Shown here one piece after another: positions 27,123 through 38,800 of a DNA stretch of 64,000 nucleotides. The notes under the pieces were generated by a model. That model was not told where the DNA came from and made no database searches. It was given only the letters and a program-made list of their open reading frames with translations. Location: positions 11,939 through 75,938 of IMG/VR virus record IMGVR_UViG_3300025715_000361; one strand, given 5' to 3'. A program made the translations under genes and the position numbers. The DNA is from a virus. Its lineage: Duplodnaviria > Caudoviricetes. Position 1 is the stretch's first letter, and each line of letters opens with the position of its first letter.

Positions 27123-28781
27123 ATGGCAGGATCAGCATTACAGGAAGTAGGAAACAACATGACACAGATAAGTAGTTTGATAAAGCAAACCATGGCGGCG
27201 GCTACTAGTGCCGTAACATCATTGGGATCGTTGCCGTGGGGTTATGTAACTGGAGTTTACCAAAGTCCTGTTGGAACCATAGATTTTAAAACCCCAGAGC
27301 TTCCGCCAATGCCGGAAGCTCCGGGTTTTACCTTGTTACCGGGGCCATATTCTCAGAACAATCCTTCACCACCAACAGCCCCCGGTGGTAGCCCCCCCAA
27401 AATACCGAATATTGGGAGTATCGGCATTCCAACGGACCCAACGGAGAATCCCGCATCTTTTTCGCCACCGTCAAAACCCACAAGGCGTTCTGTTGTATTC
27501 CCATCGCTTCCGGTGATTGATTGGGGTTCTTTTACAGCAACTAAACCTGACCCAATTGTAATTACCCCAATACATCATTCCTTTTTGCTTGATGATATTT
27601 CTTCTGAAGATGAACTTGTTCCGATCATCCGAAACAGGCTTAAAAATAATATACTTTATGGCGGTACAGGTCTTACTGCCGCAGTTGAGGAGGCGATTTG
27701 GAAACGTGATCTGGAACGCAACGAATTACAGTTGCAAGACAGTATCGATAAGGCGACACAAGCATGGGCAAAGAAAGGATTTGTTTTACCGGATGGTATG
27801 CTTGCGGATACGTTGTCTGTTCTTCAAAAAGAGTACATGGATAAACTTCTTGATAGAAGCCGTGAAATATCGATCAAACAGGCAGAGTTGGAACAAACGA
27901 ACATATTCAAGAGCATGGAGATAGGGATCAATCTTATCGCAACCTTGTTTGAGCAATTGTATAAATATGAAGAGCTTTACTTGCGATGTCAGGAAGATTA
28001 CGCAAAGTTTTCCAATGAATATATTGAGCTTCAAATCAAAGCACACAATGACATGGTTGAAACCTATAAGGCAGAGGTTCAGATATATGAAATCTTGTTA
28101 AAGGCACAGATGGCAAAAGTGGAACTTTATAAAGCACAGATCGAAGGAGCGATTGCGGTAATCACATTAAATGAAGCAGAAACCAAAATGTATATGGCAG
28201 AAATAGAAGCAGAGGTTAAACGGTACACTGGAATACTTGAAGGCAATAAAATTCGTGCCGATGTGTTCTCTGCAAAATGTCAAGGTGCGATGGCAAAAGC
28301 AAAAATTGAGGAAGTCAAGATTCAGGCGTATGCGGAACAAGTTAAAGGGTACGTTGCAACATATGAAGCATATGCTGCAAGAGTAAAAGGATATGAAGCG
28401 GAGATGCTTGCGGAAAAAGCAAAAATGGAAGCTAATGCTGAACATTGTAGAGGACAGGCAAATCTCATAAATGCCTTATCAGCTTATTATAATGCTGGCG
28501 TTTCTGCATGGAAAGCATCTGGAGATCATGCCATTGCATTAGCTTCAATGGTTAAAGATGCGAGTGCTTCACAGATTCATGCCGCTATTGAACAAAATAA
28601 GTCGTATGTAGCGGCGTCAGAGGTTGTTTCGAGAAGTATGCAGGGAGCAACTGCGGGATTGATACAACGTGGTGTGGCTATTGCGAATGCCACAAGTTCC
28701 ATGGCGGCGGGTGCAATGGCGGCACTTCATACTGCGGCATCTATTTCTTACGGAGAAACAATGAGTCTGAAAGAGGCATAA
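27123..28781 (+). CDS. Internal virion/ejection protein candidate
   Basis: Pro-rich N-terminal region then long Ala-rich coiled coil; AGGAGG RBS. Confidence 0.55.
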   Translation: MAGSALQEVGNNMTQISSLIKQTMAAATSAVTSLGSLPWGYVTGVYQSPVGTIDFKTPELPPMPEAPGFTLLPGPYSQNNPSPPTAPGGSPPKIPNIGSIGIPTDPTENPASFSPPSKPTRRSVVFPSLPVIDWGSFTATKPDPIVITPIHHSFLLDDISSEDELVPIIRNRLKNNILYGGTGLTAAVEEAIWKRDLERNELQLQDSIDKATQAWAKKGFVLPDGMLADTLSVLQKEYMDKLLDRSREISIKQAELEQTNIFKSMEIGINLIATLFEQLYKYEELYLRCQEDYAKFSNEYIELQIKAHNDMVETYKAEVQIYEILLKAQMAKVELYKAQIEGAIAVITLNEAETKMYMAEIEAEVKRYTGILEGNKIRADVFSAKCQGAMAKAKIEEVKIQAYAEQVKGYVATYEAYAARVKGYEAEMLAEKAKMEANAEHCRGQANLINALSAYYNAGVSAWKASGDHAIALASMVKDASASQIHAAIEQNKSYVAASEVVSRSMQGATAGLIQRGVAIANATSSMAAGAMAALHTAASISYGETMSLKEA

Positions 28782-28792
28782 GGGGGTGGATA

Positions 28793-29806
28793 ATGGGAGC
28801 ATATGAGGATTTTCAGAAAGAACAAAAAGAATTGGCATCCGAAACTGTTGCAGGAAGGGATGACAAGGCAAGATATGAGTTTTTCAATACGGAAACAAAT
28901 GCTCCAAAGCCGGGAGAAGATATTAGGGCTGTAACAGCAAGGGCTGAAGCCGATGAAAGGGCACGGTTTGGTGTAGGCACTCCAATGGGATCAACTGGAA
29001 TACCGGCACCGGGAGTTCCTACCCCTGAAGCGAATTGGACGGCGGCAGATAGAAAAGTTGTTAGCGATACGAATAAATTTATTGCTGATGCAAGAAACAG
29101 GGTAAGCCCTGATACCGCAAAATCAGCGGATGAGCTTACTAAAAAAGTACAGTCCATGCCTGATTTTGCTCCTAAATCAGAAGGATGGGAGTCAAAATAT
29201 GGAATGTTCAGCAAGACATCGAAAGATGCAGAGGGAAATACAAAAATTTTAGGGCAGGGGATAGGGAACGTGGGCGGCGATCTGAATTCGAAAATAGATT
29301 CCCTTGTGGATTCGCTCATGAACGATCCCAGAAATCTACAAACACAGGACATGGGCGGTGGTGTCATAAAAACAGGTGGATTGAAAGAGAGCGTCTTAAA
29401 CAACATTGTTAGTTTGCGGAATGCCCAATTGGGTTTGAAGGGACATGAGATAACTGCGGAGGCGAGTTTGGACGCAAACAAGGCGAATCGTGAATTTACG
29501 CAAGCATATCGTGCTGAAAACATGGCACAAAGAAAAGATATTGCTGATGAAAATAGGCGTGTCAGGATGGATAACGAATTCGATAACCTGATGAAAACTT
29601 ACGGAGAGGATAACATGGACAAAGGGCTGTTCATTCTTTCACAGAGGTCTGGGTACATTCCTGAAAAATATAGAGATAGGGCTAATGCGATGAATAAGGA
29701 TTACACTATAAAATGGAATGCCTACGCACAAGACATGGCAAAGCAGGGAAAAGCTCCTAACCGTGAATTTTTTGAGCAAGATTACATGATGAGGACTTTC
29801 AAGTAA
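28793..29806 (+). CDS. Internal virion protein candidate
   Basis: 337 aa, charged, between coiled-coil gene and giant gene. Confidence 0.55.
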   Translation: MGAYEDFQKEQKELASETVAGRDDKARYEFFNTETNAPKPGEDIRAVTARAEADERARFGVGTPMGSTGIPAPGVPTPEANWTAADRKVVSDTNKFIADARNRVSPDTAKSADELTKKVQSMPDFAPKSEGWESKYGMFSKTSKDAEGNTKILGQGIGNVGGDLNSKIDSLVDSLMNDPRNLQTQDMGGGVIKTGGLKESVLNNIVSLRNAQLGLKGHEITAEASLDANKANREFTQAYRAENMAQRKDIADENRRVRMDNEFDNLMKTYGEDNMDKGLFILSQRSGYIPEKYRDRANAMNKDYTIKWNAYAQDMAKQGKAPNREFFEQDYMMRTFK

Positions 29807-29816
29807 GGAGTAAGGG

Positions 29817-32800
29817 ATGGATCAAAATAACCTTCCTATGGATGACGGTTCTGGGGTTAGAGGATTCTGGGACAGGATAGAAGGCAAAAAGAGCTTCGGT
29901 CTGTTCGGAAAAAAAGAACCGGAAAATATGCCTGTTCCTCTTTCTGCCGAAAAAGTGGAACCACAACCGCCTTCTCCTGTTTCGCAAGCGGAACTTCCAA
30001 TGGATGATGGAGCAGGGGTGCGTAATTTCTGGGCACAGCAAGAAAAGCCGAAAAGCTTCGGTTTAGGCGTTACGTCAAAAGAAATGCCGTCCAACATTGG
30101 ACGGCGTGTTTTTGCTGATCCTTTGGTTGGTTTGACAAGGGGTGCGTTGGTTGGGATTCCAGAAGCCGCAACCGGACTATTGGATGTTGCCACTTTAGGG
30201 CAAGTAGGGTTTGGAAAAGCATACGAGAAAGCGACAACTGCCCTTGGACTTGGGGATTTCAAGTCGCAGAACGAATACTTTAATAAGTTGCTTTCTGATG
30301 AAACAAGAGAAGCCCAGAGGAAGGTAAGCGAAGCAAAAGGATTCATTGACACCACGTTTACCGCATTAACGAATCCATCCGCAATCGTACAGACTGTTGC
30401 TCAATCCATGCCGCCGATGATTGCCGGTGCAAGGCTTGGCGGGGCGATTGCCGGATTGACAAAATGGGCACCTGAGCTTATTGGAAAGGCGGCTGAAACT
30501 GAAGCGTTGGCGGCAAAAACCGCAGGGGTAAAAGAGGGAATCCGACAGGCGTTACTTGGAAACCCGAAGGAAGCGGCGAAATTCTTCGAGGAAGGGGCAA
30601 AGAGAGCAAAGGATATACTTTCTCAAGGTGAAAAAGACATACTGAAAAGGTGGGCCACTATCGGCGGTATTGCTGAAGGTGCCGTGACAGCGGGCCAGAA
30701 CCTATCGCAAGTGAGAGGGGAAGCACCTGAAGGAGAAGTAACCGCAACACAGGCTTTAACGATGGGGTTTTCCGGTGCGTTAACTGGATTGATCGGTGTC
30801 GCTGGCGGTAGGCTTGCGGCACGAATGGGCATCACTGATTTCGATACATTAGCGGCGGCGGGCAGAAAAGGTTTTGTTGCTGATAAGGAACTTGGAATAT
30901 TCAAGCGTCTGATCGGTGGTGCGATTCAGGAAGGTATTTTCGAAGAGCTTCCGCAGTCCATTCAGGAGCAGATGGCCCAGAACATCGCACAGGGTAAACC
31001 GATCTCAGAGGGAGCTCTTGAAGCCGGTGCGATGGGTATGCTTGCCGGTTTTGCCCAGAGTATGGGAGTTAATGTTGCTCAAAAAACATGGGAAAAAGCA
31101 CGTGCGAAATCCGATCCCACTACCCAGAAACTTGATGAAGATATAAAGAAACTGAACCTTGATTTCGGCGGCATCATGGATGTGCCGGAAGCATTGGAGA
31201 CAAAAGATTATAAATCGACATTTGGAATCACTCCAAAGGGTTTTACCCCCACGGAAATTCCTCCTACTACGCCCCCTCCCTCTACCCCTCCCCCGGCCGG
31301 TGGAGGCGGTGGTGAGAATCTGGGCGGGGTTGGCATGGCCCCTACTGCTCCTTCTGGAGCACCGAGGACGGTAGATGAGGTGTTTAAGAGGTTGGCTGAG
31401 GGAAGAGAGGGCGTTCCCCCGCTTCTTACTGAAAGAACTGGGCAGTTACAGCAGGGTGAGGTTGAGGGTAAACCGCAAGTTAAAAAGGCTGTTCCCGGTG
31501 AAGGATTGGGTGTTGGAAGGAAGAATGTAACGCCGGAGGAATATGCCGGTGGATTAACCCCAATTGAAAAGAAAAGATTTGAGACAAGAAAGGAAGAAGC
31601 GGCAAAAAGACTTGCCAATCCAAAACGAGGAACAAAGGAAAAAGCCGCAAAGGATGTTGCTGAAAGCGGGTATGAATACAACCCCGCTGTAATGGTTGAT
31701 GGAAAAATTTACACTTACGGAGCAAAACCTACACCGGCAGAAACGAAGAAAGGTTTGCACGGCCCTATCATGGACAATATCCCCGGTGTTCGAGGGGCAA
31801 AAGATGTGCAGACGGGATATGTCGATAAAAATGGTAATTTTCTGCCAAGACTTCCAGAAAAACCAGTAGAATCACCAGTAAAGGAAGCACCGGCAAAGGC
31901 AGAAGCTCCGGTTGAACCGGCAAAGGTAGAAAATGCCGTAAATCTGAGAGATAACGATGTTATTGATTCAGTTGTAACAGTTTTAAAGAGCAAGCAATTC
32001 CGTTTCGGTGCAGAGGAAGCAAAGGCAAGGGTAAAGACCGTGATCGGGCAGATCGGAAACGATCAGGTTACAATGGACACTCTTTTGAAGTCCTCAATTG
32101 CCGGAAAATACGTAAAGCCAACAACGAAAGCAACAATTCCTCCGGTTACTTCTCCTGTCGTATCTGCTGAAGAAGCGACAAAGAGAAGGCAAGAATTTGA
32201 AAAATCCATAGAGAAACCAGTCTCTTCAGAACCGAAAGCAATTGAAGCTCCAGTAACTCCGGTAACTCCGGTTAAACCGAATCTTGAAGCGGCATCAAAG
32301 GTTCTGCGTGAACAAACGCAAAGCAAGAAAGATTTTAATACCAAACTGGAAAGTGCCGCACCGGGAACCACGTTCACAATTGCCGAAGGGAAACACGCTG
32401 GAACATGGACGAAACTGAAGAAGGTATGGAAACATGAAAAGGGAATGACTGTTTCCAAAGATTACGGAAAACTGTTCGGGAACCGTGATGAAATAGAGAA
32501 AACGCTTACATTGCCGCAAGCGAAAGCTCCGACAGCCGGAAAAATGAAAGGGCCGCAAAACCTTGTGAGCTACATACAGTCCCTTGGTCATTTAAAAGCA
32601 ACCGGAGACCTTGCAAGCAAAATGGGTAGTCAGCGGTTTGTAAAAGGAAAGGGATGGGTGACTACCGGGAAGATGACCGTAAAGGAACAAGCAGACCTTG
32701 GTAAAGTTGTAAGGATTGAGGGGAAGCTTAATCTCGATGAGTTTGTTCAGGATTTGCATGAAACATTCCCGAATCCGAAAGGTGGGCAGTGGACGGCAGA

Positions 32801-35800
32801 TGATCTGGTAGAAGCATTGATTTCAGGACAGGCAAGGAACATCAAACCGGCTGAAATCGGGTACGAGGATGAAGCAGAAAAAGCTGAAACAATATGGGCA
32901 GAAGAGCAAGCCGCAATCGAAGCTGATAAGCCCCCGATTTTAAAAGTGGCATTACCGAAAAACGAATCAGAATTTTTGAGATTAGTGCTTGCACATGAGT
33001 TGCCCGGTACAAAATCTGAAGCGGGTGGAAAAGAATATACTCATGACGGAGATTATTGGAACGTAAATGGTAAATACATAAGTAGGAATGATCTGTTTGA
33101 TTATTTAGAAAAAAATAATTTACTGCAAGAATTTTTAGAAAACTTCGAAGTTGCGGAATTAGAAGTTCCTGTGCCGTACTTTGAGTCTCATTATATTGAT
33201 GAAGATCGGCACCCGCCAACAGATATGGACATGCAAAATGCTCTGAGCGCATTGCCTGATGGCTCTATTGTTACAGTGTTTAGAGACCCCGGGATTACGA
33301 GAATTCCGATAACATGGTGGGAATATAAAAAGATAGATGCGATGTGGCATCTCAATAGAATAGATGGTGCTGAAATTGACGATAAAAATGAAATAGCAGA
33401 AAAATATAACATTGAGAAGATAATTAAAAGTGAGGATTTAAATGCGTGGGCAGTAGAGTTTGGAGGATATTTAAGTTTCGATACTAAATCAAAGCAAACA
33501 TTGTTGGAATTAGCCGCTACAAATAAAGACATAATGAATTTAATGCGGATTCCAAGGAAACCGGATTGGCAAGATGAAGAAGCAAAAAGTTTTAAAGCAG
33601 TATCCTTCAATCCTGAAGAAATTGAAAAGCAAAAAGAAATAGCATCGGTTGTAGAGGAAGCCGTAAAAGATGCTCCGCAAGCGATTGTTGATATTGAGAA
33701 ACAAGGGAGAGATGTACTTGATAAAAAGGCAGAACTTGAAAAAGAAGATAAACAAATAATTGAAAACTCAAAAGAAGAAGGGCTTGGAGGTCTTGAGAAA
33801 AGTGCGAAGTTATTTGTTCAGGGTGACAAGGTTGTCGTTTCTGGACAAAGAGGAACGGTTGTCTCCGTAAACGGGCCATTGGTTAGAGTGCATTTTAGTC
33901 ATATGCCTGCAAAGGGTTTTACCGATTGCCCTGCATCAATCGTGTTTCATGATGACGGTGCGGCAGAGTATTTTGCGGCAGTTGAAGGTGAACTGGAAAA
34001 AGAAAAGAAAAGGAGAGGAAGGAAGAAAAAGGAAGAAGATATAACAGAAGATAGCAGTGGATATAACATGAAACTTGAATCAGATAATACAAAACTTATT
34101 CTGATATTGGGCAGACAGCAATATGGTTCAAGTCTTGGCAAGGTATTGCTGAAAGAAATGCTTCAAAATAGTTTCGATACAATCAAGGAAGCTGTTTATA
34201 AAGGAGTGTACAAAGCCGGAAATTTAACAATAAGAATAGATGATATGGAGCGTACTGTTGAATTTATAGATGACGGCATGGGAATGTCGGCAAAAACATT
34301 ACGTGAAGCATTTTTTACAATTGGCGGTTCGCAAAAGGATGTTCCTCCGGAATTGGCAAGCGGTGGCTTGGGGCTTGCAAAGATGGCTCTATTCACTTCT
34401 GCTGAAAAAATAAGAGTCGAAACTACGCAAGCAGGAGAAACAGAAAAAAGAGTATGTGAAGTAACGGCAATCGAACTCATAAAGAGTGGTGACAAGGATG
34501 GAAAACCATTCAAAGTAGAAAAACAAACTTCTGAGAAAAGCGAACACGGAACTTCAGTAAAATTGTGGATTCCGGAGAGCTTTATGATCGATGGCAAGTA
34601 TGTATATATAAGTTTTCCCTCTTATGATTCAGGTGTGTGGAATAGTAGCATTATGACGAGGCCATTGCTTGGCCCGATAAATGTTAATGTAGAGCATTAT
34701 GATGTTTTGGCTGGAAAATATGAAAAGATCGCATTAGATATTGGTGAAAAAACAGATAACACAGCATTCCCTCCATTTCGTTATAAAGTAAATTGTCCGG
34801 ATTGGGGTTGGATGGATGTATATTACGGTGAAGAACGTAAATCCAATCCGGTTCACCAAGTTCTATCTTCTGGGATTTATCAATTTCACCATGCTTTTAC
34901 AGATTCAAATAACAATATGATCCCTTATGATATAACAATTAACGTGTTTTCAAAGGTAAAGACAGACCATAATTATTATCCATTTAACAATACCCGAGAA
35001 AGCTGGAGGTCATCGATTAGTGCGGATATTGAAGGTTTAACTGCATACTTATTGAGAATTGCAAGAGGGAACGAAGCTGAGGAATTGCTTGAAAATTTTA
35101 AAGATGTTGTGAGCCTTCCGATGTTTGATTGGGAAGCATTGCTGACAAAAACTGGCGATGAATTTGAAAAGGCAATGTCTGAATACAGGGAACAGACACG
35201 CAAATCTCTCGGATTGAAACAGAATGAAATATCCGAAAAAGACAAAACAGAAGCAAAAAAGAAAATTGAACAGTCTAATTATAAGGAAATAGAAATAACC
35301 AAAAATGGTGTAGATGCGGTAGAATCAGGAACTCCTCCGGTTCCGACATCCGTGGCACCGCCTCAACCGCTGCCGCCTGTTCCCCCGCCGCCGCCAAAAA
35401 AGAAAAATATCATGACACCACAAGGTGTTAAGGATGCGATTAAAAACGAAACGCACAAAGCTAAAAACATCGACATCGAAGGAGAAATTAAAGACCCAAA
35501 ACAATTCCTTATTGACATCGGAGCAACTACAAAAGCCCCTATTTTTCATTCCAATTTAAACAAGGATTTCACGACCATTGCCACAAAAGGCAATGCTTTG
35601 GATTTCTTTTCGAAACTGGGTTCTATTGTTGTGGAAATGAAACGTGATTTATCAAACAGCAATATTGCGGGTTTTGGAAAAGAATTAGAAGAAGAGTGGT
35701 ATGCCGGTGTATCATTGGACAAGGAGTATGGAGGATTATGGTTAGTTGTTCCATACAAGGTAATTTATCTGAATCCTCTTTACACATTGGGGAGGGAACC

Positions 35801-38800
35801 GCAAACTTTTAGTGGGCTTGCTGAATATTTATATAAGGCGGCAATCCATGAATTTGCACACATGACCGCAAGCGGTCATGGAGAATGGCATAATCAAGTG
35901 CAGATGATGCTTGAGATACACATGGCAGATTCAGGGCTGAAGGATTATTATATCAACGCATTCAGGCAAGTATCGGCAGAATACTTTGAATTATGGAGGG
36001 AATTGAGCAATGAATTTGACAAATCGACAACGCAAAATGTTGGAAGAGGCCTTAAAGAGCATGAAGGAAAGCGGCTTGCAAGGGGAAGTGCTTTATCAAG
36101 AACTAATAATCTTGCATCAGAATCTAGCCGAGCTTTATCGGAGAGACACTCAATTGAACCCCCCTACCCCGGCGATCAAAGATTGCGAGAGGATCGTGGA
36201 ATTTCTGACACAGGCCGGTACGCTGCAAGAGGCAGAAAAGAAGCTGAAGGAAAAGTTGGATTAAAGGAAATACAGGGAATATTCGGAAAGAATGTTGAAG
36301 TCCTTCAGCATGGAAACAAGTTTTTTCTGAAAACAAAAAGCGGTCATTTCCTGTCCGTCAACAATGTATCGGAAATAAAGCCGGATGAAGTATTGTTTGA
36401 ATTTACATATGGAAGGAAATTCGATCCGGAAAAAGAGCAGATTGTAGGTGACTACGACAATGGAACCATCAGGGTGGTTATGGGCAAATCAGGAAAGTGG
36501 ACGCTTGCCCACGAATCGATCCACTGGATGGAAGATGTTGGGATTATCTCGAAACAGGATGTCGCAATCCTGAAAGCCCATATCAAGAAGCTTGTTGCAG
36601 AAGGTAAATACAAGCCCGAATCCAAAAAAGATATCGGTGGTCAGGAGGATCGTGCAAACTTTATTGCGGATCAGCTTACCGCTCCAACAAGCAAGGGATT
36701 TGTCGGCAGGGTTATCGATAAGATCAGATCGTTTATCGATGGGATCAGATCGTTTCTGGGCATGAAGCCCACTGCCGGAGGGATTATCAGGTCGATCAAA
36801 AGTGGAAAAGTTTATGAAGGAACAGAGACAAAGCCGGAGGTTTTTTCTGGTGCCGGATATTCAGCAAGGGATACCAAAACGGATGTTGAAGAAAAAGGTG
36901 ATGTTCAGGAAACCTTGCCGGGGCTTTCGTATGAAGAGAATTTCCAGTTGACACCGGAAGGAGAAGCTTACAGAGGGCCGGTACAGCCGAAGAAAAAAGA
37001 ACCGGAGCAGGGAAGGTTGTTTGCGGCAAGAAAGAAACCGCAGAACTTGAAAGACAGAATCAATCTTTATAATGAAAAATTACAGAAAGATTTCAAAGCC
37101 CTTAACGAGATCATAAAGAATCCCCGTCCGGTTGGCAATTCAAGAGCGGAGATTGACAGGTATCTCGGTGAAATTCAGATAACAGAACATTCTTTAACAG
37201 CACTGGCAAAGGAAATTTCGAAAGAACTTCCGAAAGAGCGGCAACACGCCATTTCCAGATGGATGAGGGCCGGTGGAGATATGTCGTTACTGCGGGAGTG
37301 GGCAAAGAAATATCCCGGCGACAAGTCCTACAAGGATGCCCTTACCCTCACAAAGAACGAAAAGGAATGGGCAGACTTCTTCGTGAAACAGATTGAGAAC
37401 GATGCAAACCTTGCATTGCGGTCTGGTTTGTCGAGATCGTTTGCGATCAATTACATGAAGGATGCCATATTTTCCGATGTGGCAAAGCAGAAGATTTATG
37501 CCACGGTTGAATCACCATTGATGCAAACCGATCCCGAAAAAGCAATGAAGTACATTCTGAAGGAACTCGGGAAAGCCCCAAAGAGCATTGGAGCATCCTT
37601 CATTGCTTCCAGAAGGGCTCTTCATGATTCCATGTCCCTGAAAGCCATGCTGACAAGGCTTTCAAAAACAAAGGAAGAGGATGGAAGGTACACGCTCATT
37701 ATCGGCGGTGCTGGAAAACCCTTGAAAAAGGAAGATCAGGAACGGCTTAAAAAGGTAGATGAAAAGTTTCTGGCAAAAGAGAACATCAGGGAAATGAACC
37801 GTAGCACAAGGGACTACCGGATGTTTGAACATCCCAGTATGTTCGGTCACATCTATTACGACCTTGATGAAAACGAAAAGCAGACATTCTATGCCGGAGA
37901 TTTCAGGGTGCATCCGGCGGCATATTCGAAAATCAACGCCTTGCTCGGAAAGTCCCTGATCCGGTCATGGAAAATCCCTAAATGGATTCCTTTCATTGGT
38001 GGAATGAAGCCGGGGAAGATGGCGTTAAAGGCGGGTGCGTGGATCAAAGGGACGATGCTCGGAATGTCACCGTTCCACCTTACCCATACCGGATCGCACG
38101 CAATCTTCCATGATGTGAATCCGTTCAACTTGAAAGAGATAGACTTCGAAAAGCGGCCTCTCCTTCGGGAAGGTGTGAACCATGGGCTCTTGCTGATTGA
38201 TCGTCATGCCATGGATGTTTTCAGGGAAGGGCTTGCGGCAGGCGGTTTGTGGAATTCCCTGCCGACAAAAGCCGGTAGGTGGGTAGGTGAAACGCATGAG
38301 CAATTCACGAAATTCACCTTCGAAAACATGATTCCAAGGATGAAAGCGGATGTTTTTGAAAAGACAGTCGCACACATGGAGAAGAAGTTTGCAAAGGAAC
38401 TTGCGTCTGGTCAGATGACAAGGGACCAGATGCTTTACATTGCGGCGGCTACGTCAAACAATGCTTTCGGTGGTCAGAACTATCGATCCATGGGCCGCAA
38501 CCCAACTCTGGTCGATGCCATGCGGCTCATATTGCTTGCTCCGGACTTCCTTGAGTCCCGTCTGAAGTTTTTCGGACAGGCTTTGACAAGGTATGGAACT
38601 GAATCAAGGACTGCCCTTATCAAGTCGGCAATTTATATGTCCGTACTTGCACAAATAGCAAACGTCCTTATCGGTGACGATAAGCGGATGCACTGGGAGA
38701 AGCCGTTCACGGTGATTGCCGGTGGTCGTGAATGGACACCAAGAAGTGTTGCCGGTGACATGATTCATTTGGTTACGGATTGGAGAAACTTTGCTTACAA

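Noticed and set aside
36010-36264. Separate nested gene inside the giant ORF
   Set aside because: Out-of-frame overlap with no clear RBS or motif
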